Of a stretch of DNA of 36,127 nt, positions 21,976-35,199 are shown in pieces. Each line of letters opens with the position of its first letter. The first letter of the stretch is position 1. The position numbers and the translations under genes are program-made. The notes beneath the pieces are model-generated. The model worked only from the letters and a program-made list of their open reading frames with translations, was not told the DNA's origin and searched no databases. Source of the DNA: Catajapyx aquilonaris (Eukaryota); contig KZ539021.1 in NCBI GenBank assembly GCA_000934665.2, positions 1 through 36,127 on the forward strand. Reading direction: 5' to 3'.

Positions 21976-22424
21976 CAGGGTGAAGAGAAACTCACAGACA
22001 ATCGCCAGCTAGACTGATAGTACTCGTAAACCTAATATAGGGATGTGCAACTACTTTTGGGAGCCTTCGCATAGTTAATGCGTAGGGTGCCTTAAAAGTT
22101 TCGTGACGTCACATCTGTTCCACCAGCTTCAAAGAAGCACAAGTCAGCTCGAGGGCCTCCAAACAATCGGGCCTTGGGTTCGTAACACATCATCCATGTG
22201 CAATAGGTGATCAAATCCCTTCGGAGTAAGAATCCAGGTACAACACCTGTACCCGTGCACTTTGTCGTTTTTACATCATATTCTACCATCCGGCCCTCTA
22301 CACTTCAAAGGTGTTGTACGCGTTAACTAGCAATGGAGCCCAAAACTAATTGCACATCACTGTATTAGTTTGGCGAGTACTATCAGCCTACGTGGCGATT
22401 GTCCGCTAGTCTCCCTTCACTCTG
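21976..22424. mobile_element. Tc1/mariner-type MITE, family X copy 2 (opposite orientation)
   Basis: TA-CAGGGTGAAG...CTTCACTCTG-TA; internal core is the reverse complement of the 17304 copy. Confidence 0.85.
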
Positions 22425-24587
22425 TATATTATGCACACTTGGATCAGAGTATTTACATATCCCAGTCTGGTGGCAGCAATTGGCAAGGTCAAAACCTAGT
22501 ATGCTTTTGTTTCACCCCTCATTTATTATTCTGCTGCTATCAGATGATATTTATTATTGCAGTTCAGATTGCAGTGACAGTGATCTCATGAGTCTGCTTC
22601 AAAAAAATCAGAGTAGTAGGTGATGCATCTCCTCTCCTCATCCTCCGCCACTCAACTGCCTGCACCTACAGGTCAGTTTTACATTTTCCAATCTCCGAGT
22701 CATGAGGGCAACAGTTAACTAAACATTTTACGGTGACCCACTGCCATTTCCCATATTCCCCCCTTCACCACTTTTTCCATGTACACTCCACACTTGAGAG
22801 GAGAAAATCGGCAGGCTGACCCTTACGAAGTGGCCAATGGGTCAGTACTGAGCATGCGAGGAGGGAGGAACCAACAGGGAGAGGGCGACTTGCACCGAGA
22901 AATAGGAATAAGTCTATATTTTCAAGTCCGTCTGTGACGTCACGGATTGAATTGGAGAAGTTATCCACATTGCCTCAGTTTCTCGCAACCTCTCATAACA
23001 GTATTTTCCAGGCCAGAAAATAAGCCAGTGTAGAGGCGGCTTTATATCAGCTACTACAGCTACGCTTAGGAAGGTTTTCCCCTGTCCCGTTATTCAAGTC
23101 AATCGAAACTATATACTAGCCAATCTTTCTCCCAGAAAGGAAAGATTCCACCCTGATTCAAGTGCCATACTTGTTTCTGCTTGCTAGCTAACCGCTTCTT
23201 TTCTATCTCCCCTGTCTCCAGTCAGTACTTCTATGAGTCTGCAGCCGAAGGATTCAGCCATTTTAAAGGTCTGACAATGACAGCTCTAAAAGCGCCAAAT
23301 AAATGTGTAAAAATTAACTTTAAAAAAACTCAATATTTCTCAAGTTGTGCACAAAACTATTCATGTGTTTCAACAAGGCACAAAAAGATGCCTCAATGTG
23401 CTAAGTTACCCAGCTTATAGCAAGAATCAGTCAAGTGAACGAACTACAAGTTACTCTCTTTGGAAACAGCACAAATATGAATAAAACAACCTCTCCAGTT
23501 TTCATAACCTCAGATCACAACCTTACAAGTCAGTGCAAAAAATAGCTAACTGCTATGGACATTTCAATTGGAACACACTGTATGCAGAATTGAAATTGTA
23601 TGGTTATCTATACACATGTAACCTTGAGCATTTGCAGTGACAATACCTCCTAGCAATAAATATTAACAAGCAATTTTCCTTTCAACAGGTCAGTGAATCG
23701 CCCTTTAATCTGCCCATTTCCACACAACTTCTTGGCCACCCCATACATGGTCTTGTGTGCAATTTTAGTGCCAGTTGCACAAGCTCAAACCTGCAATATT
23801 ATGGATTGTCAACACCACTACATAATCCATTTTTCATGTCTATGTCCTACTGGCCCATAGAATACCTTGGGAAGGACTTGCTTATCGACTGACAGAATTT
23901 TCCAGGGGTAGGGGGTAAGCTGTACCAACATAACCCATGACCTAATTTTCTTCCCTGCGGATATACACCTATCCTTCAGTGATACTAGCATATCTTTCAG
24001 CAGTTAAAAGCCTAGGAAAGTAGGCAAAAGTGTGACATCTCCCGACTCCCGAAGTGAAAGCATAGCCATATCTTGTTCACTCAATTTCTGTACAGGTGGA
24101 TGCATTTGAGGCGCTTTATTTTACTCCCAATGCCAGTATCAAAATTACCTTCGAAAATGTTTTCAAGTCGGATAATTGTAAAATCTGTGCAAATAACAAG
24201 GCAATCTAAGCATAAACAAATCGGGTGGAATTTTCGTCGTACTACTAGTTACTTTTAACTTAACAGTACCAGTGTAATGCAATGGTAGTACTGCTAAGTT
24301 AGCAGTAACTAGTAGTATGTCGAAAATTTCACCCATCGCTGCAACACTTATGAATCCAAGCACACTACAGTGTAGGCACTTTTGTTTTTCATGGTGTATT
24401 GTAGCAGGGTCTATAGAAATAGTGTGCCGTACTGTCCTATTACTCCTATACAGCACTTCAGTTCTTGCCAAAGACGGGACAGGAACCCTCAGAACCCAAT
24501 GATCCTCAACCTAGGACCTCCCATCAAACCTGTCTCCCAAGCACCATATTTGTTTCTGCAAAGTATGTGATATTTATGAGAAATTCA

Positions 24588-24899
24588 CCGAAGCAGTGGT
24601 AGCGGAGGGGATATGGTATCTGACTGCTAATCGGGAGGTCCTAGGTTCGAACCCCGGGGGCCGCCGACCCTGACCGTGGTTTTCTGTGGTTATCCATGGT
24701 CCCACCAGGACAATTCCGGGGTCGTGTCCGTAATTATAGGGCACAGCCGCTTCCTTCCGTCCCTATCCCATCCCCAATAGGGAAAAAGTAAAAATGCAAG
24801 AAAGAGTTCCAGACAGAAAAAAATATGGTGGTATCCCACCCCCCTAAGAGAGCCCATGGCTCTAGCACGGGGTACAAATTATTATAATATTATTATTAT
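24588..24899 (+). mobile_element. Full-length tRNA-derived SINE
   Basis: tRNA-like head with B box GGTTCGAACC, (TTA)n tail, perfect TSD TATTTATGAGAAATTCA at 24571-24587 and 24901-24917. Confidence 0.9.
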
Positions 24900-26525
24900 A
24901 TATTTATGAGAAATTCATTGGTATCATTCCAATGGAAATTTCTTTCACCATAGCCTTAGAAAACTCTTCTAGTTCATGTTCATGAGTATTGACTCTGCAT
25001 GCATGACATTTTAAACATGGCATGAAGTCATACTTGTATATTGTAGGTTGGGAGAATTGTAAACAAGCAGTGCAGGAATTTAGAGACATAGCTCCCAGCT
25101 GCATTTTTGCTGGAAGGCATGCAGCAGAAACCAATAAAAATTGTCACAAAATTCTGCAAATTACTTTTGTGGAGGAAAAATTTACAAGCGCATGCATTCA
25201 TGAAAACACCCTCTTATGTCGCCACAGGGGCAGTGGAAGGAGGCTCTCTCCTGATTGGTCGGGTAGTCTCCACTGTGTGCATGGCTGATGCGTCAAAGCC
25301 CGAGACTGCTTCTGAGCCGTTCACATTGCAGTGGGGCACCTCGTACTTTAATTATTTCCAGGATGATTTCCAAATCAATTTTCCCTATTAGAAATCAACT
25401 CAAGTTAATTCATCTGGGTACTTTTCCGTTTGCTCCCTGATACCCACTATGGGCATTTTCTGGAACAGGCCTACCCTTTGTTATAGTCAACAATCCCCTC
25501 TTTCACATTTCCATGGAGGTGCCGTCGCATAGAAAAAGAAGTAAACAGTGTCAACAATGGAACAAATCCATAAGCACATTCGCAAGTTACAGTTGTCTTT
25601 GCCTTGATCTGCTTCGCGGAAGCAGCCCTTTGGCAATTAATAATTACCAGGGGTATTTGGTGATTGGCAATGCCACAATAACGTTGTTGGCCTGCGATGC
25701 ACAATGAGGACCGCATTGTTGACGAATTCAAAACCCACAATTATCTCCACAATTAACTAAAATCAACTGACGAACCGTGCCTGGCAGGGCCCCAACAAAG
25801 GACAGTTCTGTTGTGGTAACGTAAGGCCACACAGCATCACCAATACAAATGGCAACTAAATACATCCCTGACCCTGTCAGGAGCGGGGAAAATATGGCTG
25901 ACTGCCAAAGGCTCCCTCCACTCTCCTGGAACCTGGACCATACTTCGCCACATAGCCTGTAGACTATGTATAAATCTGTCATGATATTGATACAGAGAGA
26001 CCACAAACCCCCCCCAGCCACCCTTGAGCAGTTAAGATCCTGCAGGTATGTCACTTTAAAATTTCATTTTTTTTTCTTTGTTGTGTTCTCCTCTTTATTT
26101 TATTTCATTTATATTCCAGCTTAGGCTTGGGAAATTACCTTTTCTACCTATTGGCATATCCAGCGCTGGGTGGAGTGCCCGGACCAGCCCCTGGACACTT
26201 CTACCCAAGCCCAATAGAAAAAGTTGTGACATTACACCTTCACACATTGGCACTAGTGTATCTCCATTGCTGGATGCCACATTCGCCCTATTCTTGCACC
26301 TGCGGCCACCTTGGTATAGCACACTCTGCAGGGGAATTATCCAGAACATATCCTGACCACGGGACGATTCCCCGCTGAATACTGCAGATAGCGTTATACC
26401 AAGATGGTCATATAGTGCGAGCAAGAAGCTACATGGAGCTTGGGTGGGAAGGGTTAATGGCACGGATGATGCCGGCACGTGTCCCGACCTATTATTCTAA
26501 GACCCTGGTCTGGACCTAACTATAA

Positions 26526-26955
26526 GGCTGGGTTCACACTAGACGTTTTTGTCGCGCGACAAAAACGCCGCGACAAGTCGCTCAAAACAGAACACATGTA
26601 AACTTATGGTGCATGACACACCACGACTTCTTTCCTGCTTGGTCGTCGCAAAACGCAGCATGCTGCGTTTTTGCTGCCGCTACAAAAACGCCACGACAAC
26701 GTCGCTGAAAACTGAACACATGGTAATCAGTTGGGGCAGACACACCTGGCGACAAAGTCGCGTGAAAAGTGTTTAATTTTGACTATTGTGGAACGGTAAG
26801 TGCTAAGGGTCAGGTTGGCAACGCTGCTCGGGTTGCATCAGTGGGGGAAGCAAAACGCGCGACAAAAACGCCTAGTGTGAACCTCGTGAGGCGTCAGCGA
26901 CGAAAACGCGGCAACAAAGTCGCAGGCGACAAAAACGCCTAGTGTGAACCCAGCC
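26526..26955. mobile_element. PIF/Harbinger (Tourist-like) MITE
   Basis: TIR GGCTGGGTTCACACTAG, TAA TSD on both sides, internal GCGACAAAAACG repeats. Confidence 0.85.
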
Positions 26956-27100
26956 TAAGACCATAGTTTGCCGATATCAGACAGTCCTGCCCTCGCTTGG
27001 GGATGGAATGATTACAAAATCAAGGGAGCCAGATTAATTTATTTCTCCACAGCAGCACACAATTCAAACGCCCAAAAATATCAGAAAAAATCGTGTTATA

Positions 27101-27833
27101 CAGGGTGGGGCAAAAGTCTCGGGTGGATAAGAACGACACAGCATGGCGTAAGTAACGAACGATTATATTTAAAACATTTCCACTACACAAAGATATGGAT
27201 TCATGGATCAAGGTCGAAAAAGTCACCTCTTGAAAACAACACCAGGTAGATGTCCACCTTTGTGGGCAACGCATTCTTCCAAGCGCCAGACGAAACCCTT
27301 CATAACGCCCTCCAGCATGTCCAGGGGAATGTTTCTCACGGCGTGCCTTATCTGATCCTTAAGATCAGCCAATAACTTACTGAGGACGTGTGGCGAACAC
27401 CAAACAAATTAACAGTCAAGTGTTTCCCGGGGCGGGTCATTTCGAGATTTGGGGACATTCCATGGCCGCCGTGGTCGCCGGATTTGACCACCCCGACTTC
27501 TTCTTGTGGGGGTACCTGAAGAGTTTGGTGTTCGCCACACGTCCTCAGTCATTGGCTGATCTTGGATCAGATAAGACACACCGTGAGAAACATTCCCCTG
27601 GACATGCTGGAGCGTGTTATGAAGGGCTTCATCCGGCGCTTGGCGAAATCTGTTGTCTGGAAAAGGTGGACATCTATCCTGTGTTGTTTTCAAGAAGTGA
27701 CTTTTTTGGACCTTGATCCATAAATGGCATAATTATCTTTCTCTGTGTAGTGTAACTTTCTTTAAATATAATTGTTCGTTACTTACACCGTGCTGCGTCG
27801 TTTTTATCCATCCATGACTTCTGCCCCACCCTG
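27101..27833. mobile_element. Non-autonomous Tc1/mariner element with transposase C-terminal remnant
   Basis: TA-CAGGGTGGGGCA...TGCCCCACCCTG-TA; inverted arms of about 300 nt; frameshifted WPP.SPDL..PDFFLWGYLKSLVF motif at about 27462-27535 (+). Confidence 0.85.
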
Positions 27834-27835
27834 TA

Positions 27836-28045
27836 CTATCGGCCGCATAAACAATGTCCGGGGAGATTCTTCGTTCAGCCTTGTGGAGGCAACCCATTGC
27901 ACCTTGGTAGCTAAGGGAGGAGGGAAAAAACTCGGCAGATAAGCATGGACGTACACACAAGTGTGTGTGTACACACCTGTGCAATGGTTTGCCTCCGCCA
28001 GGCTGAACGAAGAATCTCCCCGGACATTGTTTATGCGTCCTATAG
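27836..28045. mobile_element. TA-flanked MITE abutting the preceding element
   Basis: TIRs of about 65 bp beginning CTAT(C/A)GG(C/A)CGCATAAACAATGTCCGGG; shares the TA at 27834-27835. Confidence 0.8.
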
Positions 28046-28636
28046 TACCTAGCGCTAAAAAGGTGTAATTATTTTATTACCGATTCACTTTATGCCACTG
28101 CTGTATTGCTGGAACCAATTACCGGCGTAAAATAAGTCCCACATGTACTTCATACACCATGGCTGAGCCGAGGCTTTATAATATCTCATTTACAATTGAA
28201 TACAGACATTGTCTGAACATTTGCCACCTAGATCCCCTGGCACCATAAATCTTAAATGCAGTACTGACATATTGTCATTGTGGGGCCTGAATTGGGATAC
28301 AATAGCATATAATTATTGCTCATTCAGGAAGTGACAACATATGAGCCTAGTCTTTCAGAAATAATACTTTGGCATGAACACTGCCAGCCTTTTTGGCATT
28401 GCATGTTACAACTGACCAAAACAGTATCAGCACTGGGGTCCATTCCTAAGTGATATAATTATATCAAAAATCATGCATTTGAATGATTCCAGGGCAAAAT
28501 AGCCCCCAAAAAAATCATGTGATTCCAACAAGGTACAAGACAAGGCATTGTCGAGGCCTTTGGAACCATTGGGGTGCAAGGAATGGGCATTGTACAGAAT
28601 GGGCCTGGCACTAATGACAAATTCTGTTGATTTTTA

Positions 28637-28930
28637 GGGGGTGAGGTGTGGTGGCCGAGATGATAACGTCTGCTTGCGGAGTGAAAGAACCCAGGTTCGA
28701 TCTCCACCTGGGAGTTCCCTTTCACCTGCGTCAGGAGGGTCTCTGACCTGCACCTTGGGAGGTGTCTGAAAACCTAACCTCCTGGGGGACTGCACATGGC
28801 CCAAAGGTTTATCACATTGCACCTGCCCAAATGTCCCCTCCCCAACAATCCCTATCCCTACCCTACATCCTGAAGTCCTTGATTGAAGAAAGACAAGTTT
28901 GAAAACTGATGGTCGTGTGCCACCCCCCTA
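28637..28930 (+). mobile_element. Older tRNA-derived SINE (3' boundary approximate)
   Basis: A box TGGCCGAGATG and B box GGTTCGATCTCC at tRNA spacing, followed by non-tRNA body; no clear TSD. Confidence 0.6.
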
Positions 28931-30219
28931 TAATGACTTACAGTTGTATCACGGGGTAATTTTTAAACAAATATTTGTTGATTTGGTAGTTATAGGCTAT
29001 CCAGGAAAACACTGCATAGGTTTTCAGGAGTTTTGAAGTCGAGTTGCCAGGCGCAAAAGGAACCGGGAATATCCCACATCCACGTTTAAAAAATTTTTAA
29101 AAACCCACTTGGCTACTCCAATCTTCATGGTAAACATATGGGCTTGGGGGGGGGGGGGGNAACCCATCTAATCCCCGCAGTCTTTTCTTGGTTTCCCTAT
29201 AACTCGAGATATGCTTGTACATTAATTGCGGGCCTCTCCAGTCTGTCCTAACAAATAGTTCCTCAAGTTCCACTTAGCCTGTTTTTAACACACATTCATA
29301 GAACTGACCCTAAAATGGATACAATTATATAGATAAATGCACAATACTGTTTGCACAGTGGCTGCCTTCCTATTACGTACTAAGTGGGCTACAAAAAGCA
29401 CAACACAAATCAGTTTTACCAAACAGCATGGGACTCTTGCAATGTGCTATAAAAATCAAAACGAAAATTCCTGCATGTTCCAATCACTACACGTGGTCCT
29501 TTGAAATGCACAAAAGTTGAAAATTGGTGATTCATTCTCCAATTGTGCCTCATTAGCAATGCTAGTGTGCTTATTTAGAACAAAAATGTATGCTAGTGCC
29601 CAAAGTAGATATACAGAATAAGCATCCTACAGATCCTGTCATTTTAGTTGATTGGTTTTAAGAGTCCTTCTGTAATTATTCAGTTTTTAAATAGAAAATA
29701 GTTCCAGCTCAAATCATTTTTTAAACAAAATTCGGAAAAATTCATCAGAACATTTACTGTCCCAATGACTTTCTCAACATTATGAATGGCCCCCACCATG
29801 TCATGTCCACTAACCAATGAAATAAAGGAGTTTATAATTCTCCTTTCTAAAGATTATCATAAATAACTCACTTCGGCATAATGATTCCTGAACAAGGTCA
29901 AGTCTACATAGATTTTTCCCTTGTTCCCTTCTGCATGAGAGATGCGTGGTTGCAAGTAGTTCTTCTTTACATTAAGGAAGTCTCATAACTGCAGAACCCT
30001 GTAAACAAAAAGAAAACAATTCTACACTATAAAACTTAGAAACTATCTATCAACTGTGACAAACCAGTTATCACTATTTTCAAGTGATCACATGGAGCAA
30101 GTCACAGGTTTCATATCGATAATGTAATTCTACCTTTCACATGTAGTGGATTGGTGCACACCTACACTACAAGTGCATCCCTCACAATTGTGACACTGAC
30201 CTCCATGACCCCCCCCCCC

Positions 30220-30243
30220 NNNNNNNNNNNNNNNNNNNNNNNN
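30220..30243. other. Assembly gap (N run) inside a poly-C tract
   Basis: 24 Ns; single Ns also at 29160 and 30526 next to homopolymers. Confidence 0.99.
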
Positions 30244-30433
30244 NCCCCCCCCCCCCCACCTCCCCTTTCAGTGTCAAAGAATTTTATGGTTATAACCCTA
30301 GGAGTTATTTTCTTGGAACACAGCAAATATGGACTCATATTAATTTTGTAAGGATAAAATGGGGGAATTAGGCAATTAACACACCAACTCACACTGGCAA
30401 CTCAATTTATGTTATAAAGTATTATGCCTTTAA

Positions 30434-30850
30434 GGCTGTTTTACGAATTTGCTTTTCGCATTATAAAACGACTTTATAACACCGGACGGCAAGCAACCTC
30501 CTCTTCTCCTCGTCCCCCCCCCCCCNGCCGCTAATGTCCTGTCCTTTTGCCCCCATCTCGTCTGCCTTTGCCCCGTATGTGGTCCAGGACACTGCCCTCA
30601 CCCGGCTAACCGCCCCGGAGCCCGCCCCGAGCTCGCCCGACCCCAGGTTGGCCTAGCGCACGTCCTTCTCCGACCCTCTCCTTCTCATACTTGCCCATAC
30701 CTTCTCATACTTTGCCGCGAGCGGCAACCTTTTCATAAATTAACACACGGCAGGAAGCGGCTTTTTGCTGCACACCCATATGCAGCGACGACTTGCAGTT
30801 TGCGGGATGAAGTCGCTTTATAACGCGAAAAGCAAATTCATAAAACAGTC
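30434..30850. mobile_element. Harbinger-like MITE
   Basis: Imperfect TIRs of about 40 bp (GGCTGTTTTACGAATTTGCTTTTCGC... / ...GCGAAAAGCAAATTCATAAAACAGTC); TAA at left. Confidence 0.7.
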
Positions 30851-31898
30851 TTTGGAAGCTTACTCATCTTCCAGCTGTATTAGGGTGAATTAGTCTAGTA
30901 ATGGCTCAGTTTTCATTCAGTTATACTTAGGAATTTTTAAACTAATGGACGACTTCTTTTTAAAATCTGCCTATTTCCCAGTTAGACATTTGATTTACAT
31001 TTCATCAGACAAATATTCAAGGAAAATATCCCCCACCCCCGCTTTGCCCAGCCTAACACACGGTTGCCCAGCCTAACACATTTTTACACCATTAGCAAGT
31101 ATTCCCTGATTCAGGGACTGCTACAGGCAGGGTTCACTACACAGAGGGTTGCAAGTAACTCATGCCATAAAACACGTTTGGTGCCAGCCACATATTAATG
31201 TTCTGCCGTGATAAATCAGGAATATGGGCAAAATATGCACGTTCCAGTGGCAAAATACCTCCATAATAACACAAAGCACCATCACATTAACCACATTCGA
31301 TGAATTTGCGGCTCCATCCAAACCTTATCGATATATTGCACTAAAAAATTATTTCAACGGGACTATGCTTTGATTCCCTGTGTGCCGACTGTAGGTTCAA
31401 GTAATATAAAGGAACGGGACAAGCACCGAAACTGAAGCGAAGCAGCAACCCACGAATCTACTGATATGCCGCTCTAAGGTCACGGGATCTGACAGGGTAA
31501 CCTATATGAAAAAAAAGGAGTTGCAGTGGGGTGCCTTCACCACTAACAGAGCAGGCCTTACAATGAATCAAGCTCAAGTCCACAATGAGGTGAATCACTT
31601 ATCAGCTGTGACCCAATGTCGCAGCCTTGTAGGCCAATTTGAGATTACTTCAAATGCAACTAGGTACAGTACCTCAGATGTCAATATTAATCTGACAAGT
31701 TTCTTCTGACACCTAAAATGTGCAAATAACATTCCCCATCCACCTAGCATCAGTTGAATGCATGCATGAAAGTGTGGGGCTAGTTAAGTGCCACCACAAT
31801 TTGGATACACATTCCTGTCAGTGTCACTCACCTACTCCATCCATAAGAAAATATTCATTTATCGTGCTGGAATGTGAATCTCTTTACACCTGCACTTA

Positions 31899-32604
31899 CA
31901 AGGGAAGTATCTGTAGGGGTATCAGCCAATCGGCCCTAAAATGACACTTCAGGTAAATCGCAGGCCAGAAATTCATTGGTGAAAATAAAAAGTGCCAATA
32001 GCCAAGCATTTTAGAGATATGAGGACGATAGGTGTCAACTCACAATAACTGCGCAACCAGAAATGAATGCGTGTACAGGTAAACAAATAATTACCAAGGG
32101 ACACAAATAATTTCGAAGGGACACAAATAATTTATTATTTACTGAGCTTGTGACTCATCATTTTCCCAAATATGAAGCCATGGAGAGAGTAGGTAAGCAT
32201 CGTCAGAAGAAAATAAGTAATGCACTTCCTGGCTGTTTTATTCCTGTTGATTGCAAAAGGGATGATATGGGGTGATAAACGGTGTTGGGAAAACCGAAAA
32301 AGAAAACGATGCTCCAAGACGGGGGTGGAGGGGAAAGGAAGTCACTTCCCGCGGACTTGAACGGGGAGACTTTGGAACGTGAGGCTGACGCTACACAGAC
32401 TTAGCCACGAAGACTGTTTATGATTTCTTACCCCGAATGCACCCCTTGTCACAGCGCAGGTATGCCGTGCACCTCTCGTCCCTCATATCTCGAAAACGCT
32501 TCGCTATTGGCACTTTTTATTTTCACCAATGAACTTCTGGCCTGTGATTTACCCAAAGTCATTTTCGGGCGGATTGGCAGTTAGCCCTACAGACACTTCC
32601 CTTG
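31899..32604. mobile_element. MITE with long TIRs (about 125 bp)
   Basis: CAAGGGAAGTATCTGTAGGG...GTGCCAATAGC mirrored at about 32480-32604; internal 20-nt tandem repeat at about 32083-32132. Confidence 0.75.
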
Positions 32605-35199
32605 TTAGACAACTCTCTCCCCCCTCCCTTTTGCATCAGAATCTCCCAAGTACTTTTTTTTTTAAATCCTTGTTTTGAACCACACACATGGGCATGGTGC
32701 GGTCTTCTGGCAGTAGGGACCACTGATGTCTGCTGATGCCTGCTGCAAACTGCATTAATATTTACAAATGCAGACTCCGTTCGTAGCAACTTGCATAAAG
32801 AGGCAGGGAGGCAAGGAAGTGTCTTAACACACGAGCTGTTCCTACACCCTATAATAAATGTGATGCAATTGCAGTCATGTAAACTGAGGGTAGGATGAAC
32901 AAGTTATCCTATTTATTAGCCAAAAATGCCTACTTTTTTTTGCATCTATTAGTAACAAAGCCAATGCCAATTTAACTGCATTGCATTTGACAGATGAAGG
33001 ATATAAATATCAGTAAACAGATGTGTCATGTTTTGTGGACTGGCATGTGCAATTTGAAACTGATACATGGCAGATTATAATGCACACACAAGTTTTACAA
33101 ACTAGATTAATTTATTTTAAAATGTTTCCAAAATAACTGCACTTATTGATCATAAAAAATTCATGAACTACAGGCAGGCGTGATTTGAATGCCAGGAGAA
33201 TTAACATGGTTTTGGAGTGCCTTTGACAGTAATGACTTAGTCTGTGGTCATACATCTCACCAAACTGAGATAATGTGAGCCACACATCGAATACAGACAA
33301 TACACTAATCCTATTATCATTGGTTACCCCATGACAGGCCTGTTGCCACAAAGATTACCACCATCCTTTATAACATTTGAACAGCAGCACCATCTGGCAT
33401 CCATTTTTGGTTGGCCAGCTCCATTGAACCCTGCCTTCCTGTCTCCCACAATTACTGGACATTCATGAAGGTATTATGCTACTGCATATTTTAGAAACTT
33501 TTTGATGAAACACAATCTTTTCCTTCACTCTCTGGGCAGGGTTTGATAATTTTAAACCCTAATAAAAATGGTGCCATTTTGTATTTTTCTCTAATTTAGA
33601 AAGGAGTCAGCAACAAAATCTGCAGGCTTCTTAAATTAATTCTATGTATTGTAGTGGATAAAATTGCATTCAATATCTGCATCTCAGGTTCAGCTATAAG
33701 GCTACTGCAGTTTGGATTGAAGCTCAAACAATCAGAAGTGTCCAACAGGTGTAAGATCATCAGCAGTATTTTGATTTTTTAATAGTGTGCCCACTTTTAA
33801 ATGCAACCCACACTAGCACCTGTGTTGGTGGTGCCCTCTGGCCTGGTATGGGTCATTGAACTAGGAAAACTCCAGGGGCTAAGCCAGGTCCTAAGAAGAA
33901 GCAACCCTTTTGCTGTGTATCTCCAGGCCTACCCTTTAGTGACACATGGGCTGCCAGATATTCCCACCCATGGGGCTGGTACTCAGCATTCAGTATGTCT
34001 TTCTGTTTCTGTGTACTGTAGTTATTGACAATAAAATTGTTTTTAAACCTTACAAAGAGGCTCACTACATTCATTCTTGACCAGAAAATGTTTGGGTACC
34101 CAACCATATTGAAATTGGGTCAAGGTCAGCTGCCTTTTTTTTAGGTCTGATTTTTATTCATGGCAGGAGAGGCCTTATTTTTCCGCACAGCGGTGGTCAA
34201 ATATTTCGTTTTTCTAGCGACACAATACTAAAAATCCGCAAACAGCAGTACTTTTTTCAAAAAACTAGTGTTTCTGCAACATTTTTTAATTCACTGCTGT
34301 GTCAGTACGACATACACCCTGCATTGGTGACAATATGGACGAATTTATCTGTGCACTTGCATTCTAACTTACAATTTGATTTGCACCTAAACACAACTTT
34401 CATTGGGATTGAATTGCAAAGTTATATTATTTATTTTTATTAAAACTCACTGCCTTCATATCAGGATTCAATCACATGGCCTTACTCCATTGCTCCCCTT
34501 ATAATCCCGCATTCAACATGCCAGAAATATATCACACCAGCTATGTGGTCAGTTGCATTGTTGGGGTCAAGATTGTGTGTGCACTAACAAACCCTACCAT
34601 ATTTCCTTGCGGGATCCCCAGCATCACTCCTGCAGTATTGCGTGAGCTATTCACACTAGCCCACCTCACCACAAAAACCCAAGTCACCAAACTGACATAC
34701 AAAGGCTCCACCACATGCCAACTCACATAACTGTCAATAATGACAGCTCCCATATCCATCATCTATTCGTTTTCTGCTACAGCCAATGCACAGTCCAATA
34801 CTAGGGCTAACAAGCGCAGGTGGTGCACTATTTTATAGGATGAGCTCATCTTGCACAAAGGGGGCAATTTTCAAGCTACATGGATTCCAGCATATGCCAT
34901 TCCATCCACCTTTCCATCCAGACCTCTCATACGACTCAAGAAACCAGTTCCAAGCGGTCCTTCCACACACATACACACATACCCAGGACACAAAAAGACG
35001 TCAACCTCCAAGCCAAGCTGACTACCCCACCCATCTTGCTCCCTCTCTACCCACCCCCGCCTCCCCCACCCTTGTTCCAATATTTCGGCATTATGCAACT
35101 CCCGAAATTCAACCCCCTACCCCGGCCGATTGCAGTCCTCCCGAAAATATCACCTCCGGAATACGGGTCCTACGTTCAAGAGAGTTGGGTCAGTCGAGG

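Noticed and set aside
22790..22990. Enhancer-like cluster (CCAAT, GTGACGTCAC)
   Set aside because: Short motifs also occur inside MITEs here; not supportable without chromatin data
24588..24665. tRNA gene
   Set aside because: No proper acceptor stem; followed by a SINE body, (TTA)n tail and TSD, so it is a SINE head
26545..26950. CRISPR-like recurring GCGACAAAAACG motifs
   Set aside because: Irregular spacing, both orientations, inside a Harbinger MITE in eukaryotic DNA with no cas genes
28637..28715. tRNA gene
   Set aside because: A/B boxes only, degenerate cloverleaf; SINE-like
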